Source of the DNA: Geosiphon pyriformis uo1
Taxonomy: Eukaryota; Fungi; Glomeromycota
Assembly: GCA_016748015.1 (NCBI GenBank)
Contig: JAAOMT010000135.1
Span: forward strand, 1,177,085 to 1,241,084
Length of the DNA stretch: 64,000 bases
Direction of reading: 5' to 3'
The position numbers and the translations under genes are program-made. Positions 25,904-37,159 of this stretch are shown piece after piece. Every line of letters starts with the position of its first letter. Position 1 is the first letter of the stretch. Under the pieces are notes generated by a model. It did not search any database, was not told the DNA's origin, and saw only the letters and a program-made list of their open reading frames with translations.

Positions 25904-26987
25904 ATGGGTAAAGAAAAAGGTAAAAGTAAACAAAGCGAGGGTAAAACCAAAGCTGGGAAGAAGGCAGTCACTGCAGATGCTACTGGTGAGTGAAATATTT
26001 GCTTAGGTTTAATTTTAAAGTTTCTTCTCTGAAGGTAAGTTCAAACCCTAATTCCAGAGGAAACTTCGGGAAAAGGTGGAAAGTTGAAAGCTGCCAACTC
26101 TATAAAGGTCAGTGGAAAGGTTGAGCTTGGGTTAAAGTTCGAAAAGTATTGCAAGGATTTGTTAATTAAGATTGTATAAAAGGTCCGACACATTTTGTGT
26201 GAAAAGCATTCAAAGGTTTGAAAGAAGACATTTGAATTTATAAGTCTGCAAGGCAAAACCTCAGAGCTGATTTGAATGATTCCTAGATTTCCGAGGCATT
26301 GGAAAAATTGACCCAAGAAAATATGCGATTTGATAAGGGAATTATTTTATATCATATCAACCTAAATTCCTTTTTATTTCAATATTCCGGTGTACTTTCT
26401 AACAAATAGTTCAATAAGACTCCTTTGATCAATCTTTATTGATTTTAATTCTAGGTTGCTGAATTATATAGTGAAGATAAAGCTAAACAAGGAGGTAATT
26501 TACTGAAATTCCGCTTGACTGCATGTAAAAATGTATATAATTTCTTGAAGCGGTTATTTTTTGATCTAGGAAATTTGGGATGGATGACGCGAGGGTCAAT
26601 GGTTGGTGAATTCCAAGACGCAGCATTCGCCTTGCAACCAAGTACATTAGGTATTTTATATTCTAAATTTTAACGATATTAAGCTTAGTTCAGCTTTTTT
26701 TATGGAAAAATTTATTGAATTTCTTTCAACACAGACAGTCCAATATTTACCGACCCACCAGTAAGTTATTGAAATCCATGTCTCTTTTCCCCCTGAAAGA
26801 TTTACAAATTTTAATTTTTTAGATAAAGACAAAGCATGGATACCATATAATAATGGTGGTAAGTTGTTACATGTCCCCATTGGGAGTTTATCCTCTTTGG
26901 TGGTTGTTTTTGTTGTAGTTGTTGTTGTTGTTGTTGTTAATATATTCCCTAATGCCACTCTATTTCCAACAGGAGGGTAGAAAATAA
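25904..26987 (+). CDS. PIN4: Parvulin-type peptidyl-prolyl cis-trans isomerase (Par14/PIN4), 9 exons
   Basis: Basic N-terminus, then [76 protein letters not shown], the typical Par14 signature. The intron 4 donor is non-canonical (see findings). Confidence 0.93.
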
Positions 26988-27563
26988 GTGATTCGTTATA
27001 TTGTGGAAATATATTTCTTTTTTACCATCCTGTTTATAGCACCAAGATATTATAATATTTGGTCAGAATAAATTTCGATGATTGTTTTCAATTGAATTCT
27101 TGGAACCTTATTAGATTAATGGGATTTCCTTCAATTTTAATGGACCCAAATTATTAAATTGAGCTCAGTTTTTTTGGAATCTCAATAGTAATTTCAAAGA
27201 GCCATGGCATTATATTTATTAATGGCAATTTATAAAAATCCTATAAAAATCCAAATGTGCTCGCTAAGGTCAATTGGTGAGATACGATTAAATATATTCC
27301 AAAGTAAACTTGATCATTTTCGAGTCGGTACAATTATTTTTCAACATGGATTACCCGCTCGTGCAACTATTGTGAAATTCATTTGTTTGTGGAGCTCCAC
27401 AACGTGTAGCAGGAAGTTATTACAACAGATGTAACTCTAGTTAATAGTAATTCGATTCAACCTCTTTCCTCCCAACTCGTAAATTAACATTCTCTAATTT
27501 TACCCACCCATTTTTAAAATTCCACACAAACTTCGTTTTTGATAATAAATTCATTTAATAGTC

Positions 27564-28327
27564 ATGATTTTGCGTTTTATGCCCTTTCTTTTAACCCTCC
27601 TCTTATTGATAATTCTCTCATATCTTGGTTTCGCACCTAATCTCAAAATAAAAATTTGGGATAAAGTACTGCATTTTTCTGGGTTTGCTATATTAACATT
27701 TGTGGTATATTTCTTATGGGGTATTAAGTTTTGGATGTGGTTTTTCAACTTGGGGGATAAATTTTTGGGTATAGTAGTAAATCAACTAGGTGTTCATAAG
27801 TTCAATACACGAAAAGTCTTAAGTGGGATATCAGAAAGCTTGCAGGGAGAAATTTTTATTGAAAATGAAGTTGAGTTACTGATGCTAGAGAATGACATAG
27901 AAAATGAAGATTTTAGCTTTTCTCAAGCAATTGGGAGTTTAAAAGCCGAAAATGAAGGTATTAGAACGGAATGGAAAAATATTACGTTAACTGGGGGCCT
28001 CATGTTTAGTGTCTCGGTTTTTAGTGAGGCTGTTCAAGGGATGTTACCAGTATGTTTTGAGTTTTTCGGGTAGAGACTTTATCTATTTCAAAACATGATT
28101 TAACTTTGTAATTCATTTTAGTATAAAAAATTTGATTCATACGATATTCTGGTGAGTTAATTTAATTTCTTAATTGAGTTTTATATTTTTAACTTCATTT
28201 TCTCAACATAATCCCTGATTTCTGAATTCAGGCAAATTTGCTAGGAACAATCATTGGTCTTTGGATTGCTGTTTCTTGCCAGTGGCTATATCGTAGGCTG
28301 ATTATCCAAAAAGGTATAACCTTCTGA
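27564..28327 (+). CDS. VanZ-like family small membrane protein
   Basis: Exons 27564-28049, 28122-28151 and 28232-28327 give YLGF..WDKVLHFSGFAILT..SEAVQGMLPYKKFDSYDILANLLG, matching the VanZ motifs DKxxHF and ExxQxxxP..FDxxDIxANxxG. Confidence 0.8.
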
Positions 28328-29573
28328 TAGGGATCAGTTTTGTTAAAAAATTATCAAATCCAAGAAATAATTGTAAGAGAAATTGAACAAAATTATCAAA
28401 TATACATTAAAGTGGTGTAATTGCAACAAATTTTTTTTATAAGATTGATAATTAAATTTTGAACGAAACCCTTGATACCAGATTTTCAACTTGTAAAGTA
28501 ACTCATTCTTTTTGTTTAATTCAAATTTGAACCGAAATCACTTTACACACGTTATAAAAACCCATAATCACAAGTTTCAGATATTTTATATTTAGAAAAA
28601 TTGGATTCCATTCCAAGAGGCGATTATTCTTTTGGATTTTCATAACAACCACTCATGATTAAAGAATATAAAGTAAGAAATCCTGGAATGAATGGGAATG
28701 AGGATGGTGAGAGAGAACTTAATTGTATTGTCAACCGACCTGCTTTCGTCAGTTTTCCAATACAAAATTATGTATAATAAACTTTCAAGATCTTTTAAAT
28801 TTGTTTACTAATCTTGTAAACTACTTTTATTTTGGTTTATTCTTGTCAATTTTTTTATACTTGAGTTTTTTGAGATTATTGCTATTACATGTATTTATAT
28901 CACGTTGTTGAATTTGGGACCATTTTTCTTCAAATTTGAAACTATGTAATTTTGAATTGTTTTTTTATTTGCGAGCAACTGATTAGATATTTGGGTTGAT
29001 TGAGAAAGAATTTTTTATTGATAAAAAGTGAACGATTGAGAAGAATGAGGAATGACGAAGAAACTAGAATCAATGAGGCAAAGTAAAGCCCTAATGTTAT
29101 GATGTCAAGAAAACCCAAATAAGTGTCAATTGATTTTGGCTATGATAAAGTAAAATTGTATGGATGTGAAAAAAAAAAAAGTTTACGAGTACAATTGAAA
29201 TTAGAATGCCCAAATTCTTTTGGTTTTATCAATGGGAAAAGGTCACCAAAGACAAAGTTAAGAACTATAAAATTTGTCGCTTTCTAAATTAGATAAATTG
29301 ATTGATTCAAGAGGTAAGAATGACATCATCTTTTAACGAGTAATTGATCAATGAAACGGGATCAGCTGAAAGTTTAAAAAACCTTGGGGTAGTCATTTTT
29401 TAAAGAAAGGACTTCAGTAGCGTGCCAACTTTTTTATTTTGCCTCCCCAGAAACAGAAACCATCATAGTATTTTTGCTGTAAAACACTGAACCTCTTCTG
29501 TTAACTTCTTTCCACGATAAGTCTTGTATAAGCCAGCCAGCCAGCCAGCCACCCATCCATCCCTTTCAAGAGA

Positions 29574-30410
29574 ATGGCTAGAGGAAGTAGAGATTTGGAA
29601 ATAGAATGGAATCGTGATTGGGTCCCTGATACTGACGCGTGAGTGTAAGGGTGGGGCTTCGTGTATGAAGGGGGAAGATCAAGATTAATTGGAAAATTTT
29701 ATTTTTCAGAGAGACAAGCTAACAATTTTTCTTAAGAAAGCTTAAACATTTTTTACACCTTTTTAGGTATCTTGTTGAGGATGTTTTTATTGTTAAGTGT
29801 GACTTGCCGGTGAGTAGCACTTTTTAAGTTGTTAAAATCTTTTCGTTATAAATCCTTACCCAGTAATTCTTTTCAAACCCCTCCCCTCCCCCCCTCCCCC
29901 CATTTTCTCTTTAAGGGTTTGGCCAAAGAAGACGTGAGTTGCGAAAAACAAATTTCATTTTCTGAATCTGAATTGATTCCACAACTTGAACTTCCTTTTA
30001 TTATTTATGTTATTAGCTTCACCTGAAATTGAATAGCAAGGGAAATCTGGTGCTTAGCGGTCAACGTAATCGCGACAACAAGTTTGAAGGCAATCAATGC
30101 GTGTGTAGTGAGCGTAGATATGGACGATTCTGTCGCGAGTATTTATATATTCCATGCAACTTACAACTCTAATTTTAATGATATTAAAAATTTTGTCTAT
30201 TAATTTCGACTAGAATTCCAGTGCCGACTAATGCCGACATCGAAAAGATGCGGGCCAAATTTGAGGAAGGTGTTCTATACATTGAGGTGAAGTAATCATA
30301 AGCTTATAAGTTACACATTGAAACATGTTCTTCTGAAACAACCATCAAACTGTTCTTTGTTTTAGGTTCCCCAAAAATGGGTAGAAACTTACCGTATCGA
30401 AATTACTTAA
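29574..30410 (+). CDS. Small heat-shock protein (HSP20/alpha-crystallin domain), ~121 aa, 6 exons
   Basis: Exons 29574-29638, 29767-29809, 29916-29933, 30017-30138, 30214-30286 and 30366-30410 give WVPDTDAY..IVKCDLPGLAKEDLHLKL..LVLSGQR..SERRYGRFCREIPVP..MRAKFEEGVLYIEVPQK..RIEIT*, with a C-terminal IxI motif. Confidence 0.88.
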
Positions 30411-31712
30411 GTCGTGGATATTAAAGCTTCTCCATTCTATTCCTTTTGATGAGCAACACAATCATATTTCATTATTTTCTGAACAAAATCAAACTTATAA
30501 CAAAGATATAAATTGGGTGCTGGAAATTATTTCAGCCTTTGTGTGTAAATTAAAGTTTGAATTCTGTCCCAAATTCATCTGTGAATTGGATAGGTTAAAA
30601 TCATTTCTGCTTCATTTCCAAAAAAGTAAAAATTTTCCAAAATTTACATGCACAACCAAGAAGATCAAATTCGGATTTCACGAGGCTCGAAATGGCGGAC
30701 AAAAGTCTAATCGTCTCAACTTTTGAATGCAAAGGAACGATCCATGGAATTTGTGCTCATATCAAGCATAGTGATAGACAAAGAGAAATGATACGGTAAA
30801 AAAACAATGAATTTTGAGTACTTTATTGTGAAAAATTCTAGCTTTTTAAGGCTTACTTTAAATGATTCCTGATATTACATGTACATACACATATATTTGA
30901 GCAATTAGATTCACCATCAAAGTCATAAATTAATAAATTAATAACTTTTGCAATGCTAAAAATATTTTTTAGATTAATTTCTTGTGTATCCTAAAACTGC
31001 TGCTTTTTACCACAGAAATCATGATTTTTTTGGATTCCACACAGTGTAGCAGCTCTTGTTCCATTTTTATGGACTTTATCATGACAAAAATGTATTTTTT
31101 TAATATCAAACGATTAAGCTTAACAAAAACTTTTTCTAATTTTAGAAATGAGAAGTTTCTTTGTAAGAATATTTATTATCAAGAAAACATTTTACACATA
31201 CTCAATTTTGATTTTTTCTAATTAGACTTGCACAATGATGGTAACATGTTGATCAATCCCCTCTTCCCTTCTGTTCTTTCTTTTTATTGTGCTACCAATT
31301 TTTATTGCTTTATTCCCTTTGAAACAAACGTATGCCACGCTCCTTTTCGCGTGCATCCATCCTCGAATTTGTATTAATATATGTATATAAATATAAAAGA
31401 AACGGTCAAATTTCTCGGTTTTAGTAAATTCAGGCTAGTTTTCTTCTTAATTTTTTATTTTTTTTGTTAGCGGGAGGTTTTTTCCGTTTCTCTTGTAAAT
31501 TTCTCAGCTGGACTGGTCTCATTCAAATTGAAAATTTTATACTTTTCAATTTATTTAAATTTTTTATTGATTTACTCTTTTCGACTTCGAATCCCAATAA
31601 TTTCATTTCATTTCATTTTCCGGGGTACTTTTTGATCAGAAAACTATATCTTTGAAATTTTGTCCCAAACGAATTCTGAAATCTACTATCAACATTTAAA
31701 AAATTCCATAAA

Positions 31713-32459
31713 ATGGCTCGTTATTTATCATTCTTCCTCTTCATAAATTTCTTCTCTGCTCTCGCATCATTCTCATTATTCATCCACTCAGCCATAGCAG
31801 AAAAAACATGGACTATAAAAGTGGGCGATAACGGGCTTAAATTCAATCCGGAAACGTTAGTTGTTGGACCGAAAGATCACATTGTCTTTTATTTTCAGAA
31901 TGGACCACATAGAATTGTTCAATCGACTGAGAAAGGGTCGTGTAATGCTACTGAGGATGGATGTGAGTAGTTTCTGATTTTTGAATGGTTCAAAGAGAAA
32001 GAAAATTGTTGTTGCGATAAACCGTGACAATTTTATAGGAAAATTCTAATTTTGAATTTCTCTCTAGTCAAATCAGCCGTATTAAACACTGCTGATACTT
32101 TTGACCTTCAAGTCGGTGAAAATCCCCGGAAGGTAAGCATTCACAAAATAACAATACAATTAAAGCTTTTGATTCTTGACATTTTTCACTCTTATTTCCT
32201 GAGTAAAACTTTTTAACTTTTGATTTAAATTTTTCTCTTTTAGTTGTACTATTATTGTTCGGTAGGGAAACACTGTGAAAAAGGAATGACTGGAACAATC
32301 TTGGTGGCCAGCGATAATAATGATGGTGTACCAACTGTGGAAGTTAAAAGTTCCTCCAGTACGACTGTTAATCATGCTTGCAAAACGATATCTTCAATCT
32401 TGTCTACCAGCTTTATTCTAATGTTTTCCAGTTTTCTCATGGCTTTTATCGTGCTGTAG
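31713..32459 (+). CDS. Secreted, probably GPI-anchored cupredoxin (plastocyanin/phytocyanin-like) protein, 3 exons
   Basis: Signal peptide, then VGDNGLKFNPETLVV, PHRIVQS and YYYCSVGKHCEKGM (His-Cys-His-Met copper ligands), a Ser/Thr linker and a hydrophobic C-terminus. Confidence 0.85.
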
Positions 32460-33262
32460 GAATGGGTGTGGAAATTAAAAAAGTACGAGTTTATCCAACT
32501 ACTGGATTCTATTTCATATAATCTCCATAGAACCGTTTTACTTAAGAATTTCCACTAAACCCACTTCAGAATTATTGACATTATTTTCCGGGCTTCTACC
32601 TCATTGAACATTTTCAACCCATTTGTAAAAAAAAAACATCATTGCATCTTTTAAAAATAACGAATTCATTTGTAGATAATCAAAGCAACCATTTAGATTT
32701 CTAACCAATTTTCTTCAAGTTTTACAATTTATTCTTAAATTCCTGTAATTTAAAAAGTTGGTTAGTCAATATTTTATGATAATTTAATATAGAAGGGAAA
32801 CTTTTCTTAATTTTACGAATCTTCAAAGGAAAACTGGGTCATTTTCACTTTCGAGAGTTTATTATGTATATACCATATAAAAATTATATTGAACTTTTAA
32901 AGGAGAAGTTGTTAAAATAGTCGGATCCTGATATTCTATCAAAGAAGGTAGAGAGGAATAGTTGTTAGCGATTTTTTGGTTCCATAATAGTCTTGATATA
33001 AAATTTCCTCGAGTTTTTTCTTGATCTGCTAAATGTTTAACCCTAAATCCTCATGTCTAGGGGTGAATTTGCAATTTTTCACCAATTTTGGGAAATGTCA
33101 AAGAATTTATAATTCCTTTATTTCGAACTGGTAAAATCCGAGTTATCATCTTTTATCATCTTTCATTATTAGTAAAATAAAAATACTCAATTAAAATAAA
33201 GATACTGTATTACATATGTCAAATTCTACCATTCTTAAATTACAGATGCGCTCCAATTTGAG

Positions 33263-34572
33263 TCACAATTTTTCGTATTTTCTTTTACTCAGAGCTAGTT
33301 TCAGAACTGCTTTATTGTGCGTATAATGGTACTCCAATTGTTCCTCCGAATATCGATACCGTTCTCTTTGTTTATCAGTCATGAACCCGCCAGCTAAATC
33401 ACGTAACTTGACCCATTTGTACCATTCATGACGAATATCTGAAGAAGTGATGAGTGGGTTTCTTTCAGGTTTCTCGGCGTCTGAATTAGGAGAGTTATTC
33501 GAGTCATCTGAAGCAATAGTAGGATGGGAAAGAGTGGGCGAGGGTAGTCGACTTGTGACCATTGGGATGTTATTTAAAATCATCGAGAGCTCGGTTTTAA
33601 GCATTAAGTCGCCTTCCGAGTATGGGTTCGGTAATTCGTGTTGAGGAAATTCTAAAGATTCTGGCCCATCAAGATCAAATGTTACTATGTATTTCGAATT
33701 TCAAAATTAATTAGAGGACCTTGTCAATCTTATTTCAAACTAAAATCATTCTTAATTTACCAACAGCTCTCAAACCAATCCACGGTCCAGCTACCTCATG
33801 AACATTCAACCCACATAAACGGTTATAATAAGCCAATCGCGCTTCATGTGCCAATAGTTGTAGCGCAACAAAATTTGATTTGTCCTTGTCAAACGAATAT
33901 CGAATATCGTAGTCTATTCCTGATGAAATACTCGCTTTGGTTCTGATGAATTGACAAGTTATTAGTTTGATGACTTTTTCATTCAAGCAATTGAATATTT
34001 TCACGTATTTGAATCTAATCTACCGATTAGAATAAACTTTTGAAAATTTGGTCAGGATTTCAATAACAGATTGTGGAATTTTGGATTTGGTATATGTATC
34101 GATTGGATTTGGGTCTAGATCAATTTCACCACATGACTTCCGGGACTCGGATGCAAGATGAGCTAAGAATATTTCCCAGAAATGCTAGATTCGTAGAAAA
34201 GAACATTTAGAAAATAAAATCCCAGATGATCAAGAAATTAACATAATAATGATGTTCATGCTTACCTTTGTGTTAGCAACAACTACAGCCAATGTATTAT
34301 TCCTTCCAAAAGTTGGTAATGAGGATATGCCGATCGGGACCTTGGCGTTATATCTATCAAATAATGATTGAATTGAAGGTTAATATAAATTTAGTTCTCA
34401 AGCATTGATTTGGCCCATGACAGTTTCACTTGTCGAAAAAACCAGATGAAATAGTAAAAAAAGTCAAGACATACCTTTGAGCAGGAAACGCCTTGACAAG
34501 ATCAAATCCCAACGTGTATAAACGCTGGGCAAGTAATTCTGTCACTTTTAGCCAACTTATTTGAGAATTTGG

Positions 34573-34604
<32 letters not shown>

Positions 34605-34707
34605 GTGGTAGTAAACTGGAGGAACGTCTCCTATTTTTAATTAACGGTTTAGTCGAAGCATTGTATGGTAATTTCGTGGTATTTTTTGATAGATAATATG
34701 ATGTCAT
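33263..34707 (-). CDS. MMACHC: CblC/MMACHC-like cyanocobalamin reductase / alkylcobalamin dealkylase, 5 exons
   Basis: Ordered motif match to CblC as I recall it: GFDLVKAFPAQRYN (GFEVYPFQVAWYN), TLAVVVANT (TLAFLVLST), NPID (DPVD), ALQLLAHEARLAYY (LAQTAAHVAGAAYY), GLNVHEVAGPWIGLRAV (GVCIHPRFGGWFAIRGV), WYKWVKLRD (WRDWTYRD) and RYSEEQLEY (RYSEEQKAY). The start ATG is uncertain (34707 or ~34788). Confidence 0.85.
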
Positions 34708-35482
34708 TCGAATAAATCTTGAAAAGAGATTAATATTCTCAAAAGTGTGAAAATGAATCAAACAATTCCGAAATTTTTTCACAAACATTTGATGCCTGTT
34801 TAGGGGGAAAATTGGGGTCAACATCGAATAAAATCGGTTAGAATCTGCCAATCACCTCAATGGCAAACATTTCCATTCAATTTCTGCTGTATATTTTGAA
34901 GAAAAAAGTTATGAAAAATTCGCGAAAATAAACTATCGAGAAAATAAACTATCGAGAAATTTAGCAATTATGAGAAATAGCCCAATAAATGCCAAGACTT
35001 TTGGTTTTGATTCATAAATTATTATTATTTTAAAAAATTACAACCGTGGTATAATGAACTTTCCTTATCCAATTTATCCTTTTGCATTGGTTCTAATAAC
35101 TAAGGAGATGTGACAATCAGAACTTAGTTTTTAACGGCATGAATAGTAACTCGAGATTAAATTGATATTTGTCAAGTGGTTTCTGCTTAGATAAAATCAA
35201 TAGGCTACATTTCTTTGACTAATTATTTTTCTAATTTGACCAATATAACTTCTGTTCATTTCTTGACTTTAAAATTAACTTCAAAATCGGATAAGCTTAG
35301 AGTCTAACTTTTTCAATTGAGCAGACAATATCAATTTTTAAAATGATTTCACCTGCAAGTTTTAACAGAATGATCGAAAAGGATTACTGGTTCAACTGCT
35401 ATTTCAAATTTATCTATTTTTATTTTTACACATTTTATTAATATATAAATATGCATATTAATACAAATTTATTTTAAGTTCA

Positions 35483-35537
35483 AATAATAATAATAATAAT
35501 AATAATAAATAATAATAATAATAATAATAATAATGAT

Positions 35538-35568
<31 letters not shown>
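35483..35568. repeat. Imperfect (AAT)n microsatellite in a small AT-rich island
   Basis: Directly visible. A (TTTC)n run follows at ~35817-35846. Confidence 0.9.
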
Positions 35569-35816
35569 TTTATTATGATCTTTTTATTTTAAGACAAAAT
35601 ATTAAAACAATATATATATAGTTTTATTTACATAAAATTACATTTAAAAACAAACTTATTTATTTTCAAAAACTATTAAATAATTTGTTTAGATTTATAA
35701 AATATAAAAACAAGTTTGCAAAACTTTTATTTACAATGTTTTCTTATTAAAAAATAACTAAAATTGGTCAACAAAATATTAATATATACATTTGTATTTA
35801 CTTAAAAATTTGATAT

Positions 35817-35847
<31 letters not shown>

Positions 35848-37159
35848 TAAAGTGTCAAATATAATCAAAAAAATTACACAAAAAACAGTTCAAAACTAGA
35901 CAAATTATCAATTTTAACAATATTTAATAACCAAAGCAAAGGTATTAAGAGTTTATGTTATTATTCAAAATAAAGCTTATACATTTAAAACTTGTAATTG
36001 GTGTGAAAACATCCAAAACATTAGAGAATCTGAGATGTATAAATGCTAAAATTGTAAAACCATAATAAATAAAGATGAAAATGGTGCTTGGAAAAATTTT
36101 CTTTGGACATTTGCTTGATTCTTTCTAAAAATAATACAGGAAATATTAGTTGTACTTAGCAATTCGTATTATTGCCTATTATTGATATATTACAAGCTAG
36201 GTCAGAAATTTCTTGCATTTGAAATTCTTAAACCTTCTTCATTTATCAGGGAAATCTAATAAGGCGCCAATAGATTTAACTCTCGGCATTCACACTGGCC
36301 TTTAGTCAAATGTTCATAAATGGCGTTAGCTTGAAATTAAAGTTAAATAAGAAACTAATCCTGGAATTTTTCCATGAGATAATTTTATATTAAGAATTAA
36401 TTTGTAATCGCTGGTGTCACTTTTAAAAAGCAATAAGCCTCCAAAAAATTTTCTTATATTTTCAAATTGGTATTGGAGGGAAACTTGGGTAATGAGGCTC
36501 CTTTGTTATTTGAATTGGTGAACTCTGAATTTCGAAAAAAAGTATGACATCAAGACTCAATTTATTATTCTACGCAAAACCCTTATTAAATTTATCGTTA
36601 TGAATAAAAGTGGTTTTTTTCTGGGAAATAATTCATTTTCAAAAAATAGAAGTTAATAAGGAAGAAAAGGTGGAACAATTATTAAATTTTGACTATTAGA
36701 TCTCAAACGGTTTGAAATTAGATCGTTTAATCGAAACCGAAAAAGATTTTCCACATCTATTAACTTCTTATACGTGTTGATTCAGAGTTGGTCGTTAACC
36801 AAAGTTTTTAACCAATAGGTGAAATTAAGAGAGGGAATTTCTTGTCACTCAATTTCATTTCCCAAACAAGAGAGACGTCATCTCAATCGTTATATTACTT
36901 TTTTTACAGAAATTTTCGGATTTTCTCATTTTCACTTTTTCACTCGAGTTGGTAGCATTTTTAATATTTTAAAAGTTCAAAGGGTTTATTCGATTCTTTG
37001 ATCTTTTTGATATATTTCAACCTTTACTGGTTTCCATCATTTTTCTAATTTCTTCGATTACAACGCGAAACTCGCTACACTCATAAGATCCAACTTGTAA
37101 TTTAGATGACTATAAATTGCTCTAACGACCATTTTACAACAATATAAAAATAAAGAAAC

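Noticed and set aside
26656-26958. Minus-strand poly-Thr ORF
   Set aside because: Arises from a (GTT)n microsatellite in a PIN4 intron.
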